Source: Ministeria vibrans ATCC 50519 (taxonomy: Eukaryota; Protista; Filasterea). Taken from it: a DNA stretch of 64,000 nucleotides. Under the pieces are notes generated by a model. That model saw only the letters and a program-made list of their open reading frames with translations. It did not search any database and was not told the origin of the DNA. Below, one piece after another: positions 23,408 through 36,200 of the stretch (its first letter is position 1; each line of letters begins with the position of its first letter). Location of the stretch: NCBI GenBank assembly GCA_943704425.1, contig CALSCP010002431.1, positions 62,001-126,000 of the forward strand. Reading direction: 5' to 3'. The position numbers and the translations under genes are program-made.

Positions 23408-24854
23408 ATGTCCTCGGCTCGTCTGGTCACTACAACGACGTCAGTTGTATCGACGGACGATCCCACTGTGAGAGCTGCTCTCCGCGAGCTTGTAAGCGCT
23501 CACGGCGACCGGTTCTTCCCACAACACTTGCGCGCGCTCTCCTCCCCAGCAGCCCTCAACGACTCGCCCTCTGATGGCAGCATGAAAGTAAGAGCCAGGC
23601 AGGGGTGATTGCAGAGTGGGCGTATCCCGGTCGCTCATCGTCTGCTTCTCCTCAGGCAAGAGTGGCAAAGTTTGTCAGTGGCCACATCGACCAAATTGTC
23701 CAGCTTCGAATTGCGGCTGCCAAACGTGCACTCGAGCCGCCTGCAGAACAGCCGACAGCTCGACACGCTCAACTGTTGGGTCGTCTGCAGGTTCCGCTGC
23801 TGGACAGCCGAGAAACGCGCGGCATGTCGATGGACCAGCTCCTCCTGGCCAACCGTGACTACCACAACCCCGCAGTGCGCGAAGCGCTTCTCACGCTCCA
23901 TGTGATGGACGCCACTCACCACTCGTTTCTAGTGCAGAGGTAGAGGACAGGGGCAAGGCACAACGTTGGTTTCTTACCCATTCCTTTGTAGATCACTTCC
24001 CGCTGAATCCTACTACGAGGCGGTTCGCGACAAGCAGGATCGCGGATGGGCCGACGAGGTGGCTGCCGAAGGGGTACGGCTGTTCCGAGCGAGTCGCGAA
24101 AAGGATGCAATGGGAAAGTATCGTGCGGCACTCGACATCGACCCAGGCAATGCGGTCGCGTTGGTCGCTCGAGGTGCCGCGTAAGAAACAAACAACAAAA
24201 CGCACACGCACAACACACGTCATTATAATAATTTATATATACGCGTGCGCGTGCTATATTCCAAACCGTGTCTCAAGACGATTGTGTTTATTATATTACT
24301 TATAGACATGCAAATCGACACGAGTTCAATGAGGCCATTCGTGACTTTCGACGGGCACTGGAGCGCGACAGAGCACACGAGGATGCACGAGCATACCTCA
24401 TTGACGTACTCATCGAGCGTGGACTGGCGTACGAGCACACATGAAGCACATGCACGCTTAAGCACTCACTTACTCCATCATACTCTATTATTAATGTAGC
24501 CACAAGCGACGAAAGGACTATGAGAAGGCGCTGGACGACTTTGAGAGTGTGGTCTCACTGGATGGGGAGCATGCCATTGGGCGTATGCAAAGAGATGCAG
24601 TGCGGGAGACGCTGGAAGGGACGCGCCGGGAGGCGCAGCGCAACATGGAAATGCTTCAGCTTATGAGTGCCAGCTATCGCAAGAGTGGAGCGGTCGTCAA
24701 TGCGCAGAAGAGCAGAGGGGAAAAGAAGAAGGAAGTGGAAGAGACGGAGGGGGACGGGAGCAGGAGGGACAAGAGAGAACGAGAGGAGGAGATGGAACGG
24801 GACGAAAGAGATCGGAAAAGACGAAAAAAGCGCAAGAAAGACAAGCATAAGTAA
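23408..24854 (+). CDS. TTC14: TTC14-like TPR protein (5 exons) with a charged C-terminal tail
   Basis: VRDKQDRGWADEVAAEGV...AMGKYRAALDIDPGNAVALVARGAA|HANRHEFNEAIRDFRRALE...AHEDARAYLIDVLIERG parallels the TTC14 TPR region (LRKKQSASWA...VEALVARGAL...NARKYL). Confidence 0.8.
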
Positions 24855-24930
24855 TGATTGTACTGTACAGCGAGAGAGAGGGAGAGAGTGTGTGTGTATG
24901 TGTGAGTGTGTCTCTGTATGGATATGAGGA

Positions 24931-26323
24931 TTATTGGGCGAATTTGCTGCTGAGGCGGTTCTTGAGGAGGACTGGAAGGAGAGCGAGAGAGCCGGCCAGG
25001 GCGAGGAGGACGACATTGCGGACGGGAATGGACGGAGATGACAGCGACTGGAGGGTCTCGCCCATTGTCACTGCCATGAACACCTGCGGACCCACTCCGA
25101 AGAAGGTCGCAAAGAAGAAAGGCACAATGGGGACCTGAGCGAAAAACACTGGAGAGTGAGTGGAGCGCGAGAGGGTCTGCACATGTGTCGCTCTCTTTCA
25201 AGCATGTATACTAATGCACATCACAGCCGACGATGCAACTTACATTGAGAACGGGTGACGCAGCGCTCACAAAGGAATTGGGGAGAAATGGAGTGACGCG
25301 GAGAAAGAGGAGGTAGAAGAACATGTCGTTGCGGTGTGTGTCGACGTGGACGCGCCATGCGTGAATGCGCTCGGGCATCAGCATGGTGACGATGTCTTTG
25401 GTGAGCGCCTGCGACAGCAAATAGGCACAGGTTGAGCCCAGTGCTGAGTTCTACAATCATACAATGTCTTTAGAGTGCTGCTTGACGTTGGTTGGCTGAC
25501 TTTACCAGACACATGAGGGGTACAGCCAGCCAGAGTGGATAGAGCGCTCCCGTTACAATGCAGAGCGTGAGAGATCCAGGGATGGAGAATGTTTGCAGAC
25601 TGAAACGAATTGTCATGGCAAAGTGAGTGGCGACGTACAATGTCAACAAAAAGATCGTCGTACAAAGTGAATGTGGCCACAATCAGAAGGAGAACTTCCG
25701 CCCAGTAGTCGTCGCGGTAGTTTGAAAGTGCGGCTGCCAGACGTTTGACGTCCTCGACATTTCGCGGCACTTTGATGTCTTGTTTTTGATCGCTGTGTCA
25801 AAAGAGGTTCAGTGTCAGGACACAGAAAGAGAGATATATATACAAAGAAAAGAGGGGCATACACAAAAAGAAAAGAGAGACAGACACATAAAATATCGAG
25901 AGACAGGTTTAAACATAGGAGAGGCAGACACAGAAAGAGGTAGAGGTAGTAGTACACATCCACACGCACACACATACATACATACACACACACGCACACG
26001 CACACACATACACACACAAGAACCAGCCCGCCCATCCCCCGGTGCATGGTCTCGTCCTACCCCATGTCAGGCATTCGCTGGTACACCAGACCAACTGCCA
26101 CGGCAGATATCGCAAAAAGTGCCACCAGAACGACAATTTCCCGTCGCTTTTTGCGCCACACGCTCGTCCACGACGACGATTTAAGCGGTCCTGTCGCTAC
26201 TGACGACGAGGCGTCGTGGCCATGCGCGTGCAGTGCTCGGCGGGCCGTCAAGGGCTCGACCGTACAATCTTCGTCCAGACCCCGGTCGACGATGCTGCTC
26301 TGCGTTCGTCGGATTCGCACCAT
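24931..26323 (-). CDS. TMEM41B: TMEM41B/Stasimon VTT-domain lipid scramblase
   Basis: VPRNVEDVKRLAAALSNYRDDY, LQTFSIPGSLTL, FYLLFLRVTPFLPNSFVSAASPVLN|VPIVPFFFATFFGVGPQ. Confidence 0.92.
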
Positions 26324-26708
26324 GAAGAGCGTAGTCGACGAAGAGATACTGATACACTATGTGGTAATGAGGTTCGTCGACGAGACGAGAATAAGGAAAA
26401 TTTGTGTGAATTGTTTATTGTTATGACTTATGAGTTTATCGATCAGGGGATAGTCGAGTCGATTACTGTATTACGCTGCGCTACGTTGGGCAAAGCTTAT
26501 TTCACTTTGTCTCCATTCTCCACATATATACTCCAATTCTCCATTCTGGGGACTGGTGAAGCCATTCTCCAATCTCGATACGTCTTGTCGCTTGAGAGCG
26601 TAGAATGGGGTTCGAGTCAAATATGTCAAAGAAAGAGTAACAAAGAGCTACGTCGCCTCTACTTTCGACTCTTCTTCTTCGGGACAAAAACACCAACTTT
26701 TTATTTTG

Positions 26709-27745
26709 CTACTGCTGTTGCTGGAATCCCCCCTTCTCCATGAAATGGTCCATCTCGCGATGATCCTAAAAAACGCAAAACACCCACAAATTAATCATAA
26801 AAATAATAATAATAATAATATTATTATTAATATTATGAGACTTATTATTAAAAATGTCTTCTTATGAAGGAATTTTTGATCTATAATACCTGGTAGAGAG
26901 AGCAGCAGGGAAAGCACCAGGCAATGCAGCATTCACACTCGCCGTGAATATTTGCAACACGCTGTGTGTTTTGACGCACTTCCAAAATAGTGCAGAGCGA
27001 ACTGCAAAAAAAAGAAATTTTAATTGAATCAGATTGATAAATCGGTGTCGCTGGTGCAGATCATACCAACAAACACCGCAGACGCATGCCTGAGCGCTAA
27101 ATGCTCCAGCGCGTTTCTCACGGATGACTCCCAGCAGCTGCCCCGTGGTGATGCCTGCCAAAACGATGAAAGTCCATTAATATGATTGCAGTTGAGTTGT
27201 GGTTGTTAGCATAAAGATTCATAGTGTCAACGGGGAATTGAGAGGCAAAGACACCCTCACGTGCGCAATGAGGCAGTTGAAGATGGTTTTGGGACGAGAG
27301 GTTGGTAGAGACGAGAGCCGTCGGAGGCGTGGGGGGCGGTCGCGGAGGAAGAAGAAAAAACCGTACAAGAGCAGCAGCAGGATTGCCAGAAACGCATGTC
27401 AGACGGATCAATGGCGCACAGGTTGTGCTCGTATGGTTTGTATTGGGCGGTGGGCTGGGCGTTCACAAAGGAAGCGCTGCTCTGCGCGGGCTGGGTGGTC
27501 ACAATCGAGCCGGAGTGGTGTGGGGGGTACGCCTGCTGCGCGTATCCCTGCTGCGGCGGGTACCCCTGCTGCGGGGGCGGGTACCCCTGCTGCGGGGGCG
27601 GGTACCCCTGCTGCGGGGGCGGGTACCCCTGTTGTTGCGGGGGCGGGTACCCCTGCTGCGGAGCATACGGCTGCTGCTGCGGGTATCCCTGAGGGGGGCC
27701 TTGTGTCGCCTGCGTGTAGGCGGGAGGAAGTTCTTTCTCGCTCAT
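26709..27745 (-). CDS. PLAC8/cornifelin-family Cys-rich protein with N-terminal Pro/Gln/Gly/Tyr repeats (4 exons)
   Basis: [10 protein letters not shown], (QQGYPPP)n, then YEHNLC...QSCCCSC|GITTGQL...CVCGVC|...[30 protein letters not shown]|DHREMD, with the PLAC8 CxxCxLxQxxRE motif. Confidence 0.85.
27525..27690 (-). repeat. Coding 21-24-bp tandem repeat encoding QQGYPPP
   Basis: gggtacccctgctgcgggggc units seen directly on the + strand. Confidence 0.9.
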
Positions 27746-27873
27746 GCTGCAACAACTCTGTCTTCGGAGTTTGGAATTTGTCAGTTCGGAAGGCTGCTGA
27801 CTGAAAGAGACTGGAATCAAAATAATTCGCCGATCAGCAAAATAAGCAAATTGCAAAAAATATATTATTCGAC

Positions 27874-29544
27874 ATGCTGACGACTCGCCCTGCAACGCTG
27901 GGCGACATCTCGTTTTCCCTAATGCCCAGCTGCAGCGGGGCAATGGTGGGCACGGCAAATTTCTGTGAGGTTGAGGAGAGTGTAACCACACACGAACGAC
28001 TCGTCTCCACCGCAACAGCCCTGCTCGCGCACCACCCGATTCTCCGCACTCATCTAGTGCACAAAGGAGGATACAAGTACGACTTGGCCGATGCGGGGCT
28101 TCCAGCGGCCGACTATGTGGAGCGCATCGACGTGGACAATGAGTTTGCTCGGGTGTCGTCGCGAGAGGACGCGCGCGCCACACTGCTCCGGCAGCGCTCC
28201 ACCGACATCCCGTTTCGCCTGGTCTTGGTCGTGTGCGGCGTTGCTCGCACCGCCTCCCTCCTCGTGTACGCCCACCATTGGCTTGCTGACATGCAATCGT
28301 GTACAACGCTCCTCAAAGACGCCATCGCCGAACTTGACGAACCAAACTCGACCAAGCCACCGTCGCTCGACGCCGACGCTGTCGTTCCCCCAAGTCTTCT
28401 TGACGCTGTTCCTAAACGCTACGCCGGCTTGTGGCATGCGATGAAGACCATTCCAAAGATGGCAGGGCTGATGACAGTTGGCAAACTTGCCGCTAAGTAC
28501 GACACGAGATTTCTCACTGCACCACCCACTGGCGACCTGGACGACTGCCGCGCAGGGCGTGTGGAGCATTTGATTCAAGGCGAGGCCTTGGACGCACTTG
28601 TGGCGGCCGCACGAACACACAAGACAACAGTGCAGGGTGCTCTTCAGGCGGCGCTCGTCTACGCGATTGTCGCCCAGCGCATTGAGCAGGGTCGCATGCC
28701 CCACCCCTTACCCAGGCTGCCGCTGGCCTCCACCGGTACCATTGACTTGCGTCGCCACCTTCCCACGCCGCTTGATCCACGTACCGTCTCCAACTACTCG
28801 AGCGTGTCGACCGTCCGCGCCACCGTCGACGCCACCGCCCTCACCGCCGCCAGCCCCCACCCACCCGTCGACGCCTTCTGGACCCTTGCCGCCCAAATTG
28901 TCCTCGATCTTCGCAAGAGCGTTGAAAACGGCGGCCTTATTGGTTTCATAAAGATTATGGAGGTACACACTTTTGCATTCACTGAGTTTCTTCCTATGTC
29001 GCTCTCAATCACTTGGTTGTTTTTGTTCCGTATTCTTCTCTCTCTCTCAATTATTTTTATTCTTCTGTCTCTGTCTCTGTCTCTGTTTATCCCTCTCTCT
29101 ATCACTTTGTCTCTTTCTCCCTCCTCTCTCTCTATCGCTTTGTCCTCTCTCTCTATCGCTTTGTCCTCTCTCTCTCTCTATCGGTTTGTCTCTTTCTCCC
29201 TCCTCTCTCTCTATCTGTTCTGTCTCCCTCTTACTCTCTGTCAGATGGTCGGTCCAAAGAGGCTCACCAACATTTTTGAAGAGTTTCTCAGCAACAGCAT
29301 ACAAAGCGTCGCCAACGTTGGACGGGTGAACCTACACGCGCAGCCGCAACACATGCAGCTAAATGGTGGGCTGAGCATCGAGCATTCCATGCTGGCCTCG
29401 CGCGACGGCCTGACTGTCCATGCTCTCACCTGCAACCGCACTCTCACCCTCGTCGCAAATTTCTCCATGCCCAGCATGTCTCGCGAGACCGTCGTCCGTC
29501 TTATGGACCTCTTTTTGGCCAATCTGGACCGCGCAAGCAAGTGA
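27874..29544 (+). CDS. Stand-alone CoA-dependent acyltransferase (condensation-domain/PapA5/alcohol acetyltransferase fold); one intron at ~28963-29244
   Basis: [10 protein letters not shown], active-site-like HHWLADM (HHxxxD), [29 protein letters not shown] and ANVGR. Confidence 0.8.
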   Translation: MLTTRPATLGDISFSLMPSCSGAMVGTANFCEVEESVTTHERLVSTATALLAHHPILRTHLVHKGGYKYDLADAGLPAADYVERIDVDNEFARVSSREDARATLLRQRSTDIPFRLVLVVCGVARTASLLVYAHHWLADMQSCTTLLKDAIAELDEPNSTKPPSLDADAVVPPSLLDAVPKRYAGLWHAMKTIPKMAGLMTVGKLAAKYDTRFLTAPPTGDLDDCRAGRVEHLIQGEALDALVAAARTHKTTVQGALQAALVYAIVAQRIEQGRMPHPLPRLPLASTGTIDLRRHLPTPLDPRTVSNYSSVSTVRATVDATALTAASPHPPVDAFWTLAAQIVLDLRKSVENGGLIGFIKIMEVHTFAFTEFLPMSLSITWLFLFRILLSLSIIFILLSLSLSLFIPLSITLSLSPSSLSIALSSLSIALSSLSLYRFVSFSLLSLYLFCLPLTLCQMVGPKRLTNIFEEFLSNSIQSVANVGRVNLHAQPQHMQLNGGLSIEHSMLASRDGLTVHALTCNRTLTLVANFSMPSMSRETVVRLMDLFLANLDRASK

Positions 29545-29627
29545 GAAGACACTGACAGTGAATTATTATTATTTTATCAACAAACAAACCCAAACATATT
29601 TATTAGTGTATCATAATATTTTTTTGT

Positions 29628-30488
29628 CTACTGCCACACAATGCGTCTGTTCTTGTCGTGGCGCGTGCGGTGGTCGCCCGTACGGGGTCGTGGGTACGCT
29701 GTTACGACCACGGGCGGTGCACGCTCCTCAGCCTCTGGTTCGGACGCACTCCCTCTCAGCTGATCTATTTCTTGCTGCATGAGCTGCGCAATCTCATTGC
29801 GCGTCTTCTCACGCAAAACCTGTCTCTCGCTTTTCGGCGTAATGCCGCTGAATACCTCCCCCGTGGGTGTCTCGATGGCAAGGTTGCGCGGGAGGGCATG
29901 CAGATCGACGCTGGGCATGAAAAGCGGGCCGCGCGGGAGCTCAGGAGCAAGCACCCGCAGACACACATCTCCTACGGTCGTCAGGCGGTGTAGTTCGCTG
30001 CTGCCAATCCGGTACTGTGGCGGCACATAGGCCTCCTCGCACGTCACAATAAACTAAGTAGACCATAATAATAACAGTTTTAATACGTTGTTTCGTTTCG
30101 TGTTTTTTTTTCTTTTTTCACTTGAGATGTACGTACCTCTGACTTCTGCTGCGTGTCTTTGAAGGGCGTCAACACACTCACCTGGGCATCGGGCTGCTGT
30201 GTTGCCGCGCGGTAGATGTCGACAAAGTGCTCGAAGGAGGGCACGGGCAGCGTGTCGTCGTTGCGCGGCACGTACACGGGCGGTGTGCGTCGCTCCATCG
30301 CCGCCCCTTCGCCGTCGTCGTCGCCCGCCCACTGCGTCCGACTGCCGTCCACGACCCGCACGAACGCGTTGCCCGCCGGCTCCTTCCCCGCCTCATCCTT
30401 GCTTGCCTCCGTCTTCTCCTGCTTCTCCGCCTCCTCCTTCTTCTCCCCTTCGCTTCTGCTCAACAGCACAAAAAAATTTCAAAGCGTC

Positions 30489-30521
<33 letters not shown>

Positions 30522-30757
30522 ACGTGTGAGACGCGTCTCGCAATCGCACCTACCTGGAAGGCACATTCAAGGTCTCGTAGCGGGCCCGCGGGTACGGCGC
30601 GCTTCCCTGCCGACGGACGGGCGCACACGCGAGTCAAACAACAGTGGCGCTCAATCCCTCAGCTTACATACGAAATTTGGTACATGTGGTAGCCCACGTA
30701 CGTCGCCCCAACGCCAATCGAGGCGGCCGTCGCTAGAGCGATTCGGCGAGCGGCCAT
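29628..30757 (-). CDS. Putative mitochondrial ribosomal protein mL50-like (4 exons)
   Basis: FKDTQQKSE|FIVTCEEAY...IGSSELHRLTTVGDV...DLHALPRNLAI resembles mL50 (D..LKF...VPNSRLHQM...V.DV...NLPPNLKI). N-terminus MAARRIALATAAS. The 5' exons are uncertain. Confidence 0.5.
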
Positions 30758-30910
30758 TTGAATAAATTTTCTGATCAGGAACGAAAACGAAAAATCAAGA
30801 AACGAATTCGATTTATCGTATTCATCTCACAACAATAACGAGTAATCTTATTATACTGTCAACACTCAACTGAGCAATCCCCCAACGATTTTGTTGAGCA
30901 AGACGTCTAA

Positions 30911-33202
30911 ATGATTTCGGTGAGTTCCTTTCTGGCGGCCGAGGCGCAGCAGCAGCAGCAGCAGCAGCAGCACAAACCCCAACGATCAACCACCAAGAAG
31001 AAGTCGTCACGACCCGAAAGCGCTGCGGCGCCCGCTGCACCGGCAGTCGCTGGCCTGGCCGGTCTCTCCCGTGAAGATGTTGTCGAGTCCATCAAGCTGG
31101 CCCTCCAAGGTAAGCGTCGCTGTTGTTTTGCAAAGAAGAACTCGTCGGCGCAAAATTTGAATTTTTTGAAAAAAACACCCACAGATGGAAAGGCGCTGCT
31201 GTGCGGCGGAGGGGCCACCCTCTACCGGATCGATAGTGCCATCACAGACCATGCACTCTTCTCCGAGTTTGTGGGCGACTGCAGCTCCCCAGCAGTGCTG
31301 CTGTGCGGCGCGGCGGTCGAGACGGGCGACGGCGGACAGACCGATGGCACAACGAGCGTCGCTTGCATGCGAGTCGGGGTCGCAGCCACGCGCGAACGGG
31401 TTGTGGTGGGTGCCCGTTGGACCGAGGCATCCACGGGTGAGGCTGTTCGGACTCGCGAGGCGATGCGTTCGCGTCACTGGCGCAAGACACCGCTCGACCC
31501 TTGTGTGGGCCGGCGCATTCTCTCTCTGCTCCAGTGCGACAGCGCTGCCGGAGAAACCGGCGGCGACGCCCGCGCCACAGCGACGACGGACGAAAACAGC
31601 CACGGTCACGACAACGGCGTCGCAAGCGTCTCGGCGCTACCAGCGGCGCTCTGGGTGTACGTCGAAGGAGAGCGTGTCCTGGGCCTGGATGCCAGTGCAA
31701 CGCACAGCGTTGCTGTCGTTGCGTCGTCTACAGATTTGCCGGTGTTTGCCGAGCACGACGTCCGCATGGCTGCAGCCGCACTGGGAAGTGCCGACAAGGT
31801 GCGCCAAGTGCCGGCACTGCGAGCACTCACGCAGCATTTTGCGGACCATCTTGCGCGCCATTGCCACAGCGACGAGCCCATGTTGGAACACGTGCGGTGC
31901 CAAGTGCACGCAATATACGACATTCTCGCCAGCTCAGTGGTCACCATTGATGCAGTGTGGGACGACGGTGGAGTCCACGAGACACTTCTTTCGGCGCCCA
32001 CTGCCTCGGCGACACTCTCCGTCTGTGTGCGACCAGCCCTCGCGCACGACGATACGGGCGCCTCAGCCCTTCCCACATCCCACGCACTGGCCACGCAACT
32101 CCGTTGGCTCGACATGTTAGTTGAGCGGAGCACTAGTCAAGACATCAGCGACAGCATGACCGCCTTCCCATTCACTCTCAGTCGGCCCTTGGACTCCACC
32201 AGCGACGATACTTCTGCCTTTCTCTCTGGCCTTCACACCGACAGCGGCTTTCTTGTCGACTCCACCACCACTGCCACTACAATCACAACAGCAACTGGCG
32301 ACGACATCTCCTCCGCCACTACAGACACAATCAAGTCGACTGGAGTCGGTTCGAATGCGGGTGCTGAGCTGCCACCGCGCGCCGATCTCGACTTCACTGA
32401 GCGCCTGTGGAACCTGTGCGGGCGCGCTCAGTCTTCTGCGCACATGGTTGAGATGCTCACGGGGGTGTTTGCCGCACTGGGAGAGGGCCGTGTTCAACCC
32501 ATGGTGCACAAGACAAACCGCACAGCACTGGCTGAGCTCGTGCGCCAATCGCTTGCGGTATCGTCACCCGCCGAGCGTCTTGATGTTCAACGAGCACTTG
32601 CGCACTGGTTGAGCACACCCCAACTTGCATTAGAACTTATGGCCAATGTAGGAGCGGCCAAGTTGCGCCGAGACTGCACACACTGGCTACTTGGCAGCGA
32701 CAGTGGCTCGCTCGCGACGTACGCGCAGGTGGCACCCTACCTGGACGCCGACACTCCCCTTGCCACACAGCTGCGCTCGCTGCGTGCCCTCCAACACGCC
32801 ATCGACACTCTCTGTGTTGCTCAGACATACGCCCATGCCCCACGCGATTCCCTTCGTCTCCTTGTCGGCGCTGCGCTGACCTCCCCCGCCGCATCCGAGC
32901 TCACCCTTGCCGTGTCTTCTTTCTCCACCGACGCCGCCGTCTTTCGCCGCCTTTGCAAGACCACCCAGCCTCTCCATTGGACTGCCACTCTCTGGTCGCC
33001 CCTCTCGCCTCTCCGCCACGCCTACTCCTACTCCCAAACCCCACTTTTTGCCGACAGAGATTCGGCTGCTTTTGGTGAGCGAACAAAGTCCCAATGAGTC
33101 TAATGACTCACATTCCTGATTGTATGCGTAGATGGCGAGGTTGATTTGGGCGAAGCAGATCCGCTCTTTGAAACAGTTGCAACGTGGAACTCTCTCTTCT
33201 GA
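30911..33202 (+). CDS. ZWILCH: Zwilch-like kinetochore RZZ-complex subunit
   Basis: RADLDFTERLWNL...VFAALGEGRVQPMVHKTNRTALAELVRQS...LELMANVGAAKLRRDC parallels Zwilch (RSDLDF.EQLW...IQPWLH..SNSLLSKLI...LEIG..KL.KDY). Introns at ~31110-31183 and ~33075-33132. Confidence 0.8.
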
Positions 33203-33277
33203 ATGAAATCTGGATTGTGTTTGTTTTCCTTCTCTCCCTCTCTTTTTCTGTTCACTGTATTTACCCTCCTTTCATTT

Positions 33278-36200
33278 TCATGTGCGGTATAGCGCAATGG
33301 CCTTGTCAAGAACCTCCTTACGGATCTTAGGATATCGTGGATTCACCTCCAACACCTAACGATACCATTTAGGAGTGAGCCATATAGTGCAGCACAATAG
33401 AGGGTTTTTGGGGGGTCTGACCTTGAGTGCGACTTCAACCGCACGCACGTACTTTTTGGCCTTGAGGTAGTTGAAGGCGAGACGGAAACCGACGGCAAGG
33501 GAGGCGCGGTTGCCGTGTTCCCACGCTCGCTCGTAGTAATCGGCGGCGTCCTGGTACGACGCCTCCTTCTCCATGATGTAGCCTAGATACTCATGCGCCT
33601 GAAAGAGTGACGGTGAGTGAGTGCGTGTGTGTGTGTGTGCATTACTTTGCATGTGTACCTTGACGCACGACTGATTGTGTGCCAGACAGCGCTTGAGCAG
33701 TTCCGTTGCCACGTCGTACTTGGCCATCTAATTCAAATACAAAGTCAGAAAAGGAGAAACGCAAGAAACAAGCCGCATTCCGGAAGGAGTCTCTGACCTG
33801 AATGTATATGTCCGACAACAGCAGCCATGCCGCTTCAAACTCCTCCGCACACTCGGCTGTCCACTCCATCTTGGAAATGCGCTTCAGCTGGTTTCGTGCC
33901 TTTGGTGTCTGCTCAACAAGAAGAATTTCTCCTCAACGTGAGTTAACCCAATCAAATTCAATCAATGTCACACACCTGCTTCAGCAAATTGTACGCCCGC
34001 GCCATTCCCAACAGCGCTCCCACATGATCCCGGTCTCTCTGCACAATCTCCATCAGCACTCCCAGTGCCCGCTCAATGTTCCCTCGAGACTTGGTCACCT
34101 AAGAGGCGCGCGCGAGGTAAAACCCCCTCAAGTGTGAGAGTGTCTAAATTGTGACGATGCATTGATCCATACCAACAGAGCTTGACACTCAAGAATGGTC
34201 TTCTTCGTGTCCAATTTTGCATCGCCAGACGGAAGTTCCTTTAACAGGCGTCGTGCCGTCTGTACGGCAAGCAACTCAGCTTCGGGTTTCTCCGCGCCTG
34301 GTGTCAAGAGCAACCTGAGTTTGAGTTCACTTGCAGTATAGGCGAAAAGTACCTTCGACATCTGCGTCTGCGACACTCTCAAAGGTCTCTCCGCCAATGG
34401 TTTCGTTGTCGGGGTTCACGCAAATCTCAACCATATGCAACACAGCCCGTGTGCCCCACTCGCGATCCTTTCGCGTTCGGTTCAGCAACAAAAGCGCCTC
34501 GTTTGCCTGTCAATCAACCAAACGAAACAAACAATCAAAATTTACGGCCAAAGTTTTGAAACTATCTACTCACCTCGTGCGTATATCTGGCATAGAGTCC
34601 GCGGCAAAAACACAGTCCTGCGTCGTCCAGTGTCCCCCGCGTGCCGCTCTCGTGCTTGGCCACTGCAGCATCCACAATAGGCTTGCACTTTTTTAGGTCA
34701 CCCGCACGACGATTCAAGTCAATCAATTTCACCTAAAAACCCAACACACAGTTATTTAAATCTTTCACATACACACAATAATTATAATAATAGTAATAGT
34801 ATATAATTACAACCCCCCCCCCCCCATAAACAAACACAGACACACACATACACTACTCACTCATTCACCTCCTCAATCACTCACCAGTGCGTCGTAATGG
34901 TCGGGCTTTCGCTCAATGATCTGCGCAAAGAGAACTCGACTAGCCTCGTACTCACCTTTGCGGTACATCACATCTGCCATCATCATGGTCGCCTCGTCGT
35001 TGCTATGATTCATTCGCAACAAGCTACGAAAAAAATACCATTTCTCATCATTTGCACATTGGTTTTCTTCGTACCTGAGACACTGGCGACGACACTCGTC
35101 GAGTGCATTGAGCTCCAGATGGTGACGTGCCAGGGCAAGAACGGTCTCTTCGTTGAGTGCGTCGTGGCGCAATGCTTCGTTGTAGTACACCGTGGCGTTG
35201 TCAACGTCACCCAGCTTCTGATAGACGGCCGCGATGCGTGCACACACGTTGCCTGTCTCTGCCTTATGCTCCTGCAGCTTGTCTGGCATTTCATGTGCTA
35301 CGCCCGCCAAAGTCTGTAGCATTGTCTCGCGTGCACGAATCAGCGTCGCAATACCCTTGAGGGGGTTCTCTTTCTCGTGGACCTGCGCAAGAAGACGCAA
35401 GAGACGCGCGTCTTCGATGAGCGTCGGCAAGTCGGTGTTGGTGTCGTGCGACAGAGCCTCGTTCACGATTGTCTCGGCCTGCTGAGTGCGACCAATCTTG
35501 AGGTAGAGTTCGGCAAGGTCGTAGCGCAGCTGAGGCAAGCCGCCACTACCGAGTGCCGTTGTGTAGTAGGTCACTGCCTTGTGGTAAGCGTGTGTCTTGA
35601 CGAGCGCCTCGCCAATCTTGCGGGCGAGCACTGTATCGCGCGGATTCTTCTTGAGCTCGCTCTCGTACACGGAAATGGCGCGATCCGCCTCGCCAATGTT
35701 CATGAGAGCATCGCCCAGCAGCACGCAGGTGTGTGTCGACGGCGAGTATTCCATGAGTTCCTCGTAGCAGCGCGCATAGCGACGCTTGTCGTTCATGTGT
35801 GTCAAGTACACGTCGGCCTCGCGCGCTTTGGCCGCCGCATAATACGACTTGTCCATGCCCACAACCTGCAGCGTTGCCAGCGCGGCGTCGACATCGCCCC
35901 GCGCCAGTGCCAGCTCGGCACTTGCAATCACAGTGCGTGATTCAAGAGGTGTTCCATTGAACTCGTGCACCGCCTTGAGCATAATTTCTTGCGCACGATC
36001 GTGCTGGCCCATGTCGCTGTAGACTCCGGCCAGCTCCGTGTACAGACACGCACGATCGGATGCCGACGCGGACGCCGATGGTGTGCCCGTGCTCGACCCT
36101 GCCGCCGCCATTGATTGCTCCAATGTGGCCACGGCGGCCTGTAACTCGCTTGTGCCGCGCTGGACACGGGCGCGGAGCAGATTGTAAAGGGCCTGCTGAC

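Noticed and set aside
30554-30757. PET117-like small ORF reading (VGYHMYQ...GPLRDLE)
   Set aside because: The two motifs are not joined in frame by any available splice donor. The phase-consistent model links these exons to the mL50-like gene.
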